Origin: Candidatus Heimdallarchaeota archaeon B3_Heim
Lineage (GTDB): Archaea; Asgardarchaeota; Heimdallarchaeia; Hodarchaeales; Hodarchaeaceae
Direction of reading: 5' to 3'
Assembly: GCA_003144275.1 (NCBI GenBank)
Contig: NJBF01000018.1
Coordinates: forward strand, 46,214-78,213
DNA length: 32,000 nucleotides
This document shows positions 9,801 to 18,522 of the stretch, in pieces. Positions within the stretch are counted from its first letter, which is position 1, and each line of letters opens with the position of its first letter. A model generated the notes under the pieces. That model did no database searches and was not told the origin of the DNA. It was given only the letters and a program-made list of their open reading frames with translations. The translations under genes were made by a program, and so were the position numbers.

Positions 9801-10587
9801 TAATTTTATTCATTTTTGACAATATTTGATATCTAATAGCATCCAGAGTTGATGTCGGAAGAACAAAGATGTATTTACTATCAGTAGCTATAAACGGTTT
9901 GAATAATATTGGATGACTATAGTCAGAAACAGATCGTTTTAATCTTAAATCCTCATTTTGAGTAACGTACCTGTTTATATCGTTAGACTTACTATTTACT
10001 GTGCCACAAATTTTATTTAATTCGTTACTATCAATAATAAGACATTTCCTGTTCTCCTCAAACCTCTCCCAATCTGGGAAGTAGATATTTTCAATATCAA
10101 TAGTTCGACTTTCAGTTAGTCTATTTATGTTTACTCGTTTCAAGACAGTATCTGATATTGTCAAAATTAGTTTCAAGTTCTCAAATAGTTTAACAGCAAA
10201 TTTTCTAATAAGTTGATTATCTGTAAGGAAAATTAATGACATTAAGCTCTGTACATAGAAGCTACCACCCTGTGTGACCCCTGTCAATACTAAATATTCG
10301 TCATTCCTTAAACGCACATTTTCTACAAAACATGTATTGACAGGATCTTCCAATTGTTTGTGACCGAGTCTTTTAGCCCATAATGAATTAACCCATTCCT
10401 TAAAATTATCATAGTCAAATTCTACTTCCCCATCAAAATCAAGTGTCAGAAGTATTTTCAATAAATTTTCAATATAAATAGTGTGTCGATGATTCTCTGG
10501 ATATAATAATAGACTAGACAATCCCGAGATAATAATCTCTTTATCTAGTTTTTTAATTTCCTTATAAAATTCTGAATCAGGTGTCAT
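6868..10587 (-). CDS. 1239-aa protein with C-terminal PD-(D/E)xK nuclease domain; Upx-like single-gene antiviral candidate
   Basis: C-terminal GKYFENVV...DLGDIDILSIDHDTNVIYVIECKN is a restriction-endonuclease-fold E...D...ExK motif. The first ~1000 aa have no NTPase motif that I could recognise. Size and layout match what I recall of Upx. Confidence 0.75.
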   Translation of the reverse strand: MTPDSEFYKEIKKLDKEIIISGLSSLLLYPENHRHTIYIENLLKILLTLDFDGEVEFDYDNFKEWVNSLWAKRLGHKQLEDPVNTCFVENVRLRNDEYLVLTGVTQGGSFYVQSLMSLIFLTDNQLIRKFAVKLFENLKLILTISDTVLKRVNINRLTESRTIDIENIYFPDWERFEENRKCLIIDSNELNKICGTVNSKSNDINRYVTQNEDLRLKRSVSDYSHPILFKPFIATDSKYIFVLPTSTLDAIRYQILSKMNKIKILSKKKKLKVTFRQILYYNYREHCRNLLEYYFLFLKVRKKPLQDLPKLTLKLPIIEDLYEFDTNNKMIYSIMVFDDFKNFNHDNPFIKGDSYPELNSKIGKRIRDVIRLLEKQYKTEIVICHLISPMGRNMIAGVETKDMENLYWLIPFEEFSVLAKARKFDIFDIIRYLPWRFELSQEIKLLSTSFLDEFGFYYGNDFSLYFSDSKIKGEVIFPINEGNELRVLTKRLNDIHLVDLSEGTIPVIRKETDEEGRIPIFVKNPDDRVIMRFLSSIEAFDYPFWVDTYETSDEIINDVMWLFIEFSEMFAYWVWQFSDVLGRLIIQKDFSQVLLTFNFENPKKWLVPNEGSDHPKDLSVNIYKEKIFLRIVVSIPFYFKKLFMETNNIAERKIMSDLLRGITKFFDSTLDYEKDFERIIPLGFKKKIHFFQPSDFKIQNESLVTFYRIKRGDIEYYLQNLAEKIDRKTDSIIEIESKEEKGEILNEIVDFYYKLLQNKLQRFDKEYLLEFLISQYEVNIWNMTLNSRTLASQVECFFGIESMVNELLSNNSIQNNTSVSIRILIEIISAMSINGEEEISIVEYLELLAICHHIVNWGLISDYNHLAVFDETISILPSGRIGTLKGGMSKFNQFLTAKFTEDVYKSFDQTPTSFSYSDLLNNYNGFEVDYESAIVSEFGVNREIISNFIMLLYSKAIEKENSVISIPKTEFIIDFSESLELNSEQTIKLINLFSLSLREKYEIPPDGFDTYDIWPWIYNRRLSYIRRPIIQYQIDEELHLMWGARNSFSSLEQLNSLIIMARYKTTDSSAEMESFIAKIRNIKGKYFENVVFEWIENNYSLNRNLKNIPIAPSELFHCDEDLGDIDILSIDHDTNVIYVIECKNINMGRSPREISNEIDRFIGTDEEGDSWIQKHSKRMDWLEENFDTISSRFNLSDEPILRSVIVISEEILSGFLREFSFPFMSFSTLKRKTLNFNIP

Positions 10588-10864
10588 AAACTAACTCCCT
10601 ATACTAGAAGAATAATTTTTTCGTATTTAAGAAAATTTAACTACAACTTTAGTCTTATACTTGCTTTGTTGCTAGATATCCTTCAATTATTTCAGTTTTT
10701 ATGTTCATAAGTCTCTTGATAATATTGGTTATTGTTTTATCAGTCTCTCAGAGAAGTAAATTTAGCTTGTAGGATTTTACTGGGATATACCCACATACAT
10801 CTAATACTGATATTTGTGAGAATGGCTGTTATCAGAATGGAAAAGTAGAAGTACATATAAGCAC

Positions 10865-12073
10865 CTAAGAATGTGCTCTCGTGATGGACCCGACTTTTAT
10901 TGATTTTTCACAACCAGGACACCGAACCGTTTCATCGTCGGATAATAAACTTAAATATGATTTACAGACAGGACAGAAACCAATCTTTTCCTTTAGTTCG
11001 GGAGCTATTTCAAAAAGATCATTCTGAAGATCTTTTTCAAAGAAATTAATATTCGCAATAATAGTTTTTATTAAACGCTCTGCATTGCTTTGAACCCATT
11101 CTTTTGATACGTCAGAGAGTATTGTTTTAATCTCCTGATCAAATTCAACCTTAAGATCCCAGGTTAAATAACTGAAAGCCTCGGTCTGAATATAAGGATC
11201 GGGATTAGATAAGCAGCTTATGAAAGCCTCTTTTGTGTCTTTATCTCTTCTTAATTCATCGTAGAAAAGTCTCATCCTCTGAAATACTGTTTGACGAAGT
11301 AACCCATCAGGATGGTGTATTTGATTTAGAAGATAAAAATGGTCTTGTTTCCTTTTGAGCAAAAGTTTTTCGGGGTAACTCTCAAAAAGAAGGTGTATTT
11401 TATCCTCAGGATTGTTAAAATGCCAGTATACTCTCGAATCATCATTATGGGAATCCTCTTCGAATGCATTATGTAAAACAAATTCTCGCAAGTTTTCGTC
11501 CTCCCAGTACTCCTCGGGCCAATAAGAAATCAACTTCCAAATTGTGATAATATCTATTGAATCCTTCGAGGTAATGAGATTTCGAATATCCGTTTGAGTT
11601 TCTGTTTTTAGCCAGTATTCCTTCGTCCATGTTTTAAATAAGAGTTCTAATTTCTCGTACAACGCTTCTAGATGGTCAAAAGAGTCGTAATAGTCGTAAT
11701 ATGCTCCATTAATCATCCGGGATAGAGAAAATAAGCTTTTTCTATAGTCCTTCACCTCTTTTACATCTGGGGGAAGTTGGTGTAGAATAGCTAATGAACA
11801 AAAAAGTTTTGTTTCAAAAACGGAAATTATTTCCTTCTCAATTTCTTCAGGATTGGGGTATTTTTCTGAAGCGCTGAAAAAAAAATCGATCACAATTTGG
11901 AAAATTTCGTTATTGGAATACTTTTGGTTTAACTCATGTAAGGACACACAGGTGCTATTTACGTCTATCAGCTCTTCTATTTTTAGAATAACGGCTTTTT
12001 CTGTAGAAGGCTGTTTTTTTAGAACTTTACTCGTCGTCTCTTTATATTCTTCATCTTTTTTGATTGTCTTCAC
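10865..12073 (-). CDS. Hypothetical helical (HEAT-like) protein with C-terminal zinc ribbon
   Basis: HEAT-like segments (HPDGLLRQTVF, LSNPDPYIQTEAFSYL); C-terminal CPVC-x14-CPGC; GTG start after GAGG. Confidence 0.75.
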   Translation of the reverse strand: MKTIKKDEEYKETTSKVLKKQPSTEKAVILKIEELIDVNSTCVSLHELNQKYSNNEIFQIVIDFFFSASEKYPNPEEIEKEIISVFETKLFCSLAILHQLPPDVKEVKDYRKSLFSLSRMINGAYYDYYDSFDHLEALYEKLELLFKTWTKEYWLKTETQTDIRNLITSKDSIDIITIWKLISYWPEEYWEDENLREFVLHNAFEEDSHNDDSRVYWHFNNPEDKIHLLFESYPEKLLLKRKQDHFYLLNQIHHPDGLLRQTVFQRMRLFYDELRRDKDTKEAFISCLSNPDPYIQTEAFSYLTWDLKVEFDQEIKTILSDVSKEWVQSNAERLIKTIIANINFFEKDLQNDLFEIAPELKEKIGFCPVCKSYLSLLSDDETVRCPGCEKSIKVGSITRAHS

Positions 12074-12141
12074 CCTCAGATCGGAATTAATGTTGGAGAA
12101 TCGAATGTCATCTATCTGGATGTTCTAGTAAGCTTAGTGGC

Positions 12142-13926
12142 TTATAATAATCCTTTATACCACTCTAAGTTATCTTTTTGATTTCTGTAGATTTCGCTAG
12201 TAATTAGTTTATGTTCAGGCGATTTGTTCATACATATTGCTAGAAGCTTTTTATTTAAAGATTGAAAATTTGTTTTTCTGGTTAATTTCACCTTATTCTC
12301 TTTCAAATAGTTCGTGATATTCCAACAACACCGATGGACAAGGAATGTATCCTTGGAGAGAACCCAAACCATTTCATTTTCAAAGTATACAGTTTCTGCA
12401 TATTTACACATTAATTTAAACGTATTCTTCCAAAAATCGTATATTTTAATATCTGAATATGATTGCATTGCACTTTCTAATATAGCAACCAAGGCACCCA
12501 TTTTTCTCGTTGATTGAACACTCTGTACGTTTCCCTCTTTCTGTTCTAGAGACGTTAATTCAGTTGTATAATACATAAAATCAATGAGGATTTTAAAAAA
12601 GATACCAAGATCAGTAATTTGCTTTTTTAAGAAGGAAGACTCCACTAGAGTGTAGAAATCCATTTCAAAATCTCTTTCTTTATTAATAATATAATCTAAT
12701 ACATTATTTGTAGATAATCCTGAAAATTTCGGTAATGAGTACTTGACAATAGTTGATTTAAAGTAAAAAGGTAACTTGGTCTTCTTTCCATAAAGCTTCT
12801 CATCAGGAATAGGTTCATATAAAATCCATTGATTAATTCCATCTGGTGCTCTTTCTCTAAGGTTTACAACAATTTTTTCTTTTTTTCGGGGTAGAGCTTC
12901 AATTGAAATGAACTTCTGCCAGTTTAACTTGTTTTGGGAAAAGTATTGCTCGAATTTTGCCTCGTAAAACTCTGTCAATTGTGAAAAGAATTGGGGAGAT
13001 CTGTCTTTGTATATCTTATATCGAGATTTGGAAATATTCTTTGGAGAATTCCAGATTATTATCCTTGAAAAATCATCTCTCATCCAATCATGCATTTTAT
13101 TTCTAAGAAACCAAGGAAAATAAGAATATGGAGCGATTCTTGCCCAGTACCTGGTTCTTTCATCCCATTTCTCTTCTCTATGTGCTTTTGTTAGGTAAGA
13201 CACCCCAATTTCATCTAACCCCTGTTGGAAAATCTCATGGAACCCTTTCACAACAAAATCATATATTTTAAGGTTTTTTAGTTTCTTTTTTGAAGTGTTC
13301 AACTTCACTATGTATTGAGGGTAGCTATCTATTTCCATATAGAATGTGATAACAGAAATCGGTTCAATACCAAAAACTTCTAAATCATAATAGTCACGCC
13401 AATCAAGATTATGAGTTGAAAACAAACGATTTAGATCATATAGGGTAAGAAAAAGAGCTCTTCCCAATGTTTGACGAACTATCCCATTAACTCCCTTGTA
13501 CTTAAAATTATTCGGAGATAAAAGGTAATCCCAGATAATCCCAACAATATTTGAGGTGGTTTTGACAATTTTGGGATAGATTTTCCTTATTGTCCCGTGA
13601 CCTTCAAACGAGTAAACCCATACAGATTCTGAAGAGGAATTATATCTTATTTCTTGATTATTCAACCATTCATTTGCCCAAACCATTGAACCCTCGACAA
13701 GTTTCAGCCTTGATACCTTGAACGGCGGGGCTTTAATCATTTTAATTAGAAATCCAAATCGTTGTGGAATCTCCCAATTCTCTACTAAATTTTCATCGAT
13801 ACTCATTGACCTCTCTACTCCCATTTCAATCGAATGGATCACGATTCTCAAGTTCAAAATCACGACAAGAATCACATAAATCAATAATATCGAGACCTTG
13901 ACAGCTACAATAAAGGCCATCAACAA
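12142..13926 (-). CDS. Hypothetical protein (start probably 13806, MSIDENL...) with a possible internal duplication
   Basis: Long ORF; AGAGGT RBS precedes the ATG at 13806. The 40-aa hydrophobic extension from the TTG at 13926 is uncertain. Confidence 0.75.
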   Translation of the reverse strand: MLMAFIVAVKVSILLIYVILVVILNLRIVIHSIEMGVERSMSIDENLVENWEIPQRFGFLIKMIKAPPFKVSRLKLVEGSMVWANEWLNNQEIRYNSSSESVWVYSFEGHGTIRKIYPKIVKTTSNIVGIIWDYLLSPNNFKYKGVNGIVRQTLGRALFLTLYDLNRLFSTHNLDWRDYYDLEVFGIEPISVITFYMEIDSYPQYIVKLNTSKKKLKNLKIYDFVVKGFHEIFQQGLDEIGVSYLTKAHREEKWDERTRYWARIAPYSYFPWFLRNKMHDWMRDDFSRIIIWNSPKNISKSRYKIYKDRSPQFFSQLTEFYEAKFEQYFSQNKLNWQKFISIEALPRKKEKIVVNLRERAPDGINQWILYEPIPDEKLYGKKTKLPFYFKSTIVKYSLPKFSGLSTNNVLDYIINKERDFEMDFYTLVESSFLKKQITDLGIFFKILIDFMYYTTELTSLEQKEGNVQSVQSTRKMGALVAILESAMQSYSDIKIYDFWKNTFKLMCKYAETVYFENEMVWVLSKDTFLVHRCCWNITNYLKENKVKLTRKTNFQSLNKKLLAICMNKSPEHKLITSEIYRNQKDNLEWYKGLL

Positions 13927-14180
13927 GATGGTTACAGATGCCTTGACATTCTGAACAATTCATGACAAATAAAGAAATATACTAGCATATGATCTTTCTG
14001 GAATGGGAATCTCTATTGAAAACTCGAAACAATAAAGCTATACTCTTTGGTGGTTTAGGAGAATATTTTCAGAAAAATTATCCAAAAACTACAATGAAAA
14101 TTTTTGCCATGTAAAACTACATGGTATTTTGATCATATAACCAACGTTATACGACATTTCATTAACATCGCCAAACCGTT

Positions 14181-15460
14181 CAGTACTTCGTAACTATGGG
14201 AGAGGGTGAGTCTAATGAAATCTCGAAGGGGAAAGACTTAAATGTGGAGAAAAGTGATTAGCAGTTATCATGACCAAAATCAAACTACCTCGCTTTCCTC
14301 CACGAAAAGCTAGAAAAACTCCGACCCTTATAAATTTTATGGTACGCTGGTTAGACAAATTTCAATTCTTATCCAACCCAGTCCCAACTAGATCTCCTTT
14401 CAATTTGAAAACACGTCTGAAATTGCTTTTGCTTGCAGCTATAGATCGGACTTCTATTTCTCGGAAAGCTCGAGATCTGAGAGAACAACATCTCTCAATT
14501 CCCTCTGGGGAAGCTACCTTAGTTTGGTTAAAAACTAATTCTGTTGATGATATTGCGACCTCACAGCAAGTTGGCTTTCTGCAATTTCTAAATAGCCTTC
14601 CCGAGAGTTTTCAACGTGCTCGAAAGCGCGGGATGTTACTCGCGATTGATTTTCATCTGGATCCTAATTATGCTAAAACTTTATCCTCGTATATTCGCAA
14701 GGGGAAGCGGAAAGCCAGTACTTCCCAGTTTTATCAATTCTTTAGTGTTATTTGGGTAAATGCGCCCGAACCGATTACGTTAGGTGTCCAATTAATCCCC
14801 ACAGAGTACTCAACTCTTCAAAGAGTCCAAGCCCTCTTGAGTCCTTTAATCACTCACGAACGAGTTATTGGGATACTAGGGGATGGAGATTTTTATAATT
14901 ATGACTTGGTTGAATGGTTCCTTCAGAAACAGGTCCTCTTTATTATTCGAGGGCGTGTCAATACGGGCGTCAAACCTCTAGTTCAGAAATACCAAGATGA
15001 GCTCCTTCACAAAGGAGATACGACAATTGTGGAGTATCGACTGAATAAAGGTCATACGGGAAGAAAAATTCCCGTTAAGCTCGTTCTCTCTCAAGAAGGT
15101 GATCGAGTTGTCGCTCTTGTTGTTCCTCCCACCTGTCAACTCTCAGGAAAAGAGATAACATCCCTCTATCGTAACCGATTTATGATTGAAACCTATTACA
15201 GACAGATGCATCGCTTCCAGATGTTTAGTTGTTCCCAACACCCAGTAGTCCGATATGTTATTGTTCTCGTCGCATTTTGGTTATGCAATTTCTGGGCCTA
15301 TTTCAAAGCACCCCTTAATTTCTTAAAACCGACTAGTCGGAGGTGTCGGGTAGATTTTGTCTATACAGCTAATGATTTCTGTGAATTCCTCCTAACCTCG
15401 TGGCATTGGGCGCTTTTTAGGGGCCAGGAGATGTTTTCGAGGAGGTGATACGAAGTACTG
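14181..15460 (+). mobile_element. Insertion sequence, ISH3-like (IS4 superfamily), 1280 bp, apparently intact
   Basis: Perfect 12-bp terminal inverted repeats CAGTACTTCGTA (14181-14192) and TACGAAGTACTG (15449-15460); CGTT direct repeats at 14177-14180 and 15461-15464; a single transposase ORF; visibly higher GC than the flanks. Confidence 0.93.
14270..15448 (+). CDS. DDE transposase (ISH3/IS4-like)
   Basis: LAIDFHLDPNY (D1), ILGDGDFY (D2), YRNRFMIETYYR (IS4-type Y-x2-R-x3-E signature); the stop codon abuts the right TIR. Confidence 0.92.
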   Translation: MTKIKLPRFPPRKARKTPTLINFMVRWLDKFQFLSNPVPTRSPFNLKTRLKLLLLAAIDRTSISRKARDLREQHLSIPSGEATLVWLKTNSVDDIATSQQVGFLQFLNSLPESFQRARKRGMLLAIDFHLDPNYAKTLSSYIRKGKRKASTSQFYQFFSVIWVNAPEPITLGVQLIPTEYSTLQRVQALLSPLITHERVIGILGDGDFYNYDLVEWFLQKQVLFIIRGRVNTGVKPLVQKYQDELLHKGDTTIVEYRLNKGHTGRKIPVKLVLSQEGDRVVALVVPPTCQLSGKEITSLYRNRFMIETYYRQMHRFQMFSCSQHPVVRYVIVLVAFWLCNFWAYFKAPLNFLKPTSRRCRVDFVYTANDFCEFLLTSWHWALFRGQEMFSRR

Positions 15461-15561
15461 CGTTGTTTGACGAAGTACTTAATTGTGACAAAAAGTGAAA
15501 ATTTAAATGAAGGAAAAATGAAACAAATCTATGTTCGAATTTTCGCTGTCTCTGGTGAAAA

Positions 15562-17025
15562 ATGTTGAAACAATTAAGCGAACCAAATAATAGAAAATTT
15601 GGGTTTAACGGAAGAATACCGTGTATTTCATGTCTTGGCATGATTATTCTTCTAATTTCACTAGGTGGTTGTAGTAACAAAATATCAAAAACGCATTCAC
15701 ACCTTCTCTTTGATGAGAATCCTGTTAGATTTCAAGTAGCAAATTCAAATTTAGTAGTAACTGATGCGTATGTAATATATGATACTGCTTATACAAAAAT
15801 AATAGACCATAATGTTGGATATGGGCTGGGAAGAATATATGTTGCAAATCCAGGGATAATGACTATAAATATTACAAAGATCGAAATAAATTTTGTTAAT
15901 GAAAGGATAAAATGGGAAAATATTACACAAACGGTGAGTATTCAAGATATATCGCTAAATAATCCGTTTCAAATTCATTCATTGGCAACAAATGAAGAAA
16001 TTAGTATTCGATTTGTTCTTCCTGAATTGAATCAACAAAATACAACAGCATATAAAATAACGATCAAAGATGAGAATGGAACTATCTGGGATACTTCAGA
16101 AGAGCAAAATATTGATCCGAATGATTTGAAATTAGAACCAGATCAACCATATATTGAATTTTCAGGATTTCCTCCATATATTCGGAGAACTTACGGGATT
16201 AGTCCCTCAGTATTATCTGATAATTCTGAAGTAAAAAATGTTACCTATGAAATTTATACTGATCCTTTGAATATCATCGGTTCTCAAGTCCGAAAGAAGA
16301 CTATTTCAAGTCCATTATGGAGATGGTATTGGAATACACGGAACGATACTTTGGAGGGATTAGACAACGGAATATATTACATGAGAATGACCGTAAATGA
16401 TTATGCGGGTTTATCATCCTTAGTGGATAATATAACATTGACAATTGATAACGATTATATCGCTCCAATTATTAAATATATTGTCCTAGGAAAAGAAAAT
16501 TTGGAACTTGGAGAACCCTTTGCAATATTAGCAAGCGTAGAAGATTCAGGATCATATGTATCAGATGTACACGGTGTTTCTCTATACTATAAATTAACAA
16601 CAGAGACCGTTTTTTCAATAAGACTGATGGATCTCTTTATGGGTAATAATTGGTCAGCTACTATTCCAGGATCAGCGATTGTAGGTGACTTGAATTTTTA
16701 TATTGAAGCCGAAGATCCAGATGGTAATAGTTATACTTCACCCATTTATTCTCTTTATGGTGAGGGTGGAATGACAACAATTATCGAACCGACAACAACT
16801 GAACTCACCTCTGATCAAGAACCTCCCACGTCTACAAGTACGACAACTAGTACAACATTTGAGAAATCAACATCCACTGACATTTCCATGGATGAGACAA
16901 GTATTACAACTTTTACTACACCTTCACTAATCACTGATACATCTGATCTTTCTTTAATGCTCATCCCACTAGCGTTGTCACTTTTTATTCTAATTTATAG
17001 AAGGAAGAAAAGGGAACTGGCTTAA
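15562..17025 (+). CDS. Secreted Ig-like-domain surface protein with Thr/Ser-rich linker and C-terminal TM anchor
   Basis: GGTGA RBS; N-terminal hydrophobic segment; WRWYWNT...LDNGIYYMRMTVNDYAG and ILASVEDSG...VSLYY Ig-like motifs; TTSTSTTTSTT linker; TM + RRKKRELA. Confidence 0.85.
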   Translation: MLKQLSEPNNRKFGFNGRIPCISCLGMIILLISLGGCSNKISKTHSHLLFDENPVRFQVANSNLVVTDAYVIYDTAYTKIIDHNVGYGLGRIYVANPGIMTINITKIEINFVNERIKWENITQTVSIQDISLNNPFQIHSLATNEEISIRFVLPELNQQNTTAYKITIKDENGTIWDTSEEQNIDPNDLKLEPDQPYIEFSGFPPYIRRTYGISPSVLSDNSEVKNVTYEIYTDPLNIIGSQVRKKTISSPLWRWYWNTRNDTLEGLDNGIYYMRMTVNDYAGLSSLVDNITLTIDNDYIAPIIKYIVLGKENLELGEPFAILASVEDSGSYVSDVHGVSLYYKLTTETVFSIRLMDLFMGNNWSATIPGSAIVGDLNFYIEAEDPDGNSYTSPIYSLYGEGGMTTIIEPTTTELTSDQEPPTSTSTTTSTTFEKSTSTDISMDETSITTFTTPSLITDTSDLSLMLIPLALSLFILIYRRKKRELA

Positions 17026-17186
17026 ACTGCTATAAGAAATGTATGAAGAAAGAGAAATTAAGTTAATAAGCTCTTAATCTCTTGAACTCTATTACTTCTG
17101 AATTTTTCGATAAATCATAATTTGTAGTATCAGAAAATGACTTCAAATCTAATTCTGAAAATTATAACTTTTACAAGTAAATATAA

Positions 17187-17354
17187 TGCAGAATATGTGC
17201 TGAATTCTTCCCTAATTGTAATATTTGTTCACGATTTCAAACCTGTTTTCCAACGAACAGTCTAAATGATGATCTATCGGAAATGGCATTGTTAGATCAA
17301 ATGGGAAATAAGACTTTGATGGATAAGATTATGAAACGTACATACGGAAATTAA
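17187..17354 (+). pseudogene. Decayed Cys-cluster gene fragment
   Basis: Start-less frame CRICAEFFPNCNICSRFQTCFPTNSLNDDLSEMALLDQMGNKTLMDKIMKRTYGN*, preceded in frame by two TAA codons and more protein-like sequence. Confidence 0.4.
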
Positions 17355-17369
17355 GCAAGACGAATTTTT

Positions 17370-18200
17370 CTAGACATTCTCAATTTCATCATTGAGAATT
17401 TGATAAAATTCCTTATAAGCTTCATTTTCAAGCCAAGGCGTATGGCCACACTTTTTAATTAAGTGGAACTTGAAATTCCTTAAAGTACGAGACAGTGGTA
17501 CTTCCACACCCTCATATGGATGAGGATCATAATCACCCTGAATTGCCGTCACTGGACATGTAATGGACTTTGTTAATTCTAATAATTGGCCATTTTTCCT
17601 TAGCTTTGCAGCTTCTCCCCAGACTAACTGATATATCTCACTCGAGTCTTTAACCTGAATTTCATCCTCTACCTCTTTTTTCATGGGATTAAAATTGTCA
17701 GTTTTAGAACCTAGCTCTCCTAAACGTTTGAACTCTGCATCATTTTGGTAAAGGTTTTCGGTATTTAATTTTGTTATTATTGTCTCAAATTCAGCTCTTT
17801 CTTCTTTACTAAGTCTATTTGTACGCGTTGTTCTTAGCTGGTCAACATATTTTTCTTCAAATGGACCACTACTGATAAGGATTATTTTCTTAACATCTGA
17901 TTTATGCTGCACAGCGAATAATAGACTCAGCCAAGCTCCCCAGGAGTAACCAACCAGAATCAGGGAAGATGAACAGTTCTTAGTAATTGTACTTTTTAAC
18001 TCTTGTATCTGCTTTTCTATAGATTTCTTAGTTTGAATTGGTTCTATTACGCCCCATTCAGACGAAAGTTGACGAGCAACTGGGGCCATTTCTCCACCTG
18101 CCCCAGGCCCTCCATGTATTACAGCTATTGTATAGGGTTTCTGCCCATATGTTCTGAAAGGCATCATATCCATTTTTTCCTTATTCACCCCAAAATTCAT
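17370..18200 (-). CDS. Alpha/beta hydrolase
   Basis: HGGPG oxyanion loop, GYSWG nucleophile elbow, QGDYDPH acid, CGHTPW catalytic His. Confidence 0.93.
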   Translation of the reverse strand: MNFGVNKEKMDMMPFRTYGQKPYTIAVIHGGPGAGGEMAPVARQLSSEWGVIEPIQTKKSIEKQIQELKSTITKNCSSSLILVGYSWGAWLSLLFAVQHKSDVKKIILISSGPFEEKYVDQLRTTRTNRLSKEERAEFETIITKLNTENLYQNDAEFKRLGELGSKTDNFNPMKKEVEDEIQVKDSSEIYQLVWGEAAKLRKNGQLLELTKSITCPVTAIQGDYDPHPYEGVEVPLSRTLRNFKFHLIKKCGHTPWLENEAYKEFYQILNDEIENV

Positions 18201-18373
18201 ATCTCTACATATACAAGATTGTTGTGATTGTCTTCCTCATCCGTATTATTATAAGGATTCACAAATTCGACTAGAGCATTAATATTTGAAAAAAGCTAAA
18301 ATAAGCCTAATGCATAGTACGTACGAATAACACCAGAATCCTTGTTGCATAAAGTTCTTCTCAAGGGAAATTT
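18197..18373 (-). pseudogene. Gene remnant upstream of the hydrolase
   Basis: Frame KFPLRRTLCNKDSGVIRTYYALGLF*LFSNINALVEFVNPYNNTDEEDNHNNLVYVEI* has one internal TAG. Its final TGA overlaps the hydrolase ATG (ATGA overlap). Confidence 0.4.
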
Positions 18374-18522
18374 TCAATTGTTAATAGTTTTGTAACTTCT
18401 ACAAGTAAAAAGTTATAAATATCTAGTTTATGACTCGTAATATAGCCCCAAACACGAAACTCGAAGCTAAAAACCAATTAAGCAAACTATTCGTGATAGA
18501 CAACATTTGCTAGGAAATTTCT

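Noticed and set aside
13830-14140. Decayed IS4-type transposase (ILAYDLS...HVKLH)
   Set aside because: The resemblance is too weak, with several stops and no TIRs; counted only as generic debris.
15417-15680. 87-aa minus-strand ORF across the IS right end
   Set aside because: It spans the IS boundary and overlaps two better-supported plus-strand genes; no motif or RBS.
18296-18298. Pyrrolysine read-through of the in-frame TAG
   Set aside because: The frame lacks a start codon, shows other lesions, and has no methylamine-methyltransferase context or pyl genes in the window.
18293-18311. DtxR/IdeR-like iron box upstream of the ABC operon
   Set aside because: Only about half of the consensus matches, it is not palindromic, it is ~210 bp from the start, and it lies inside a probable gene remnant.
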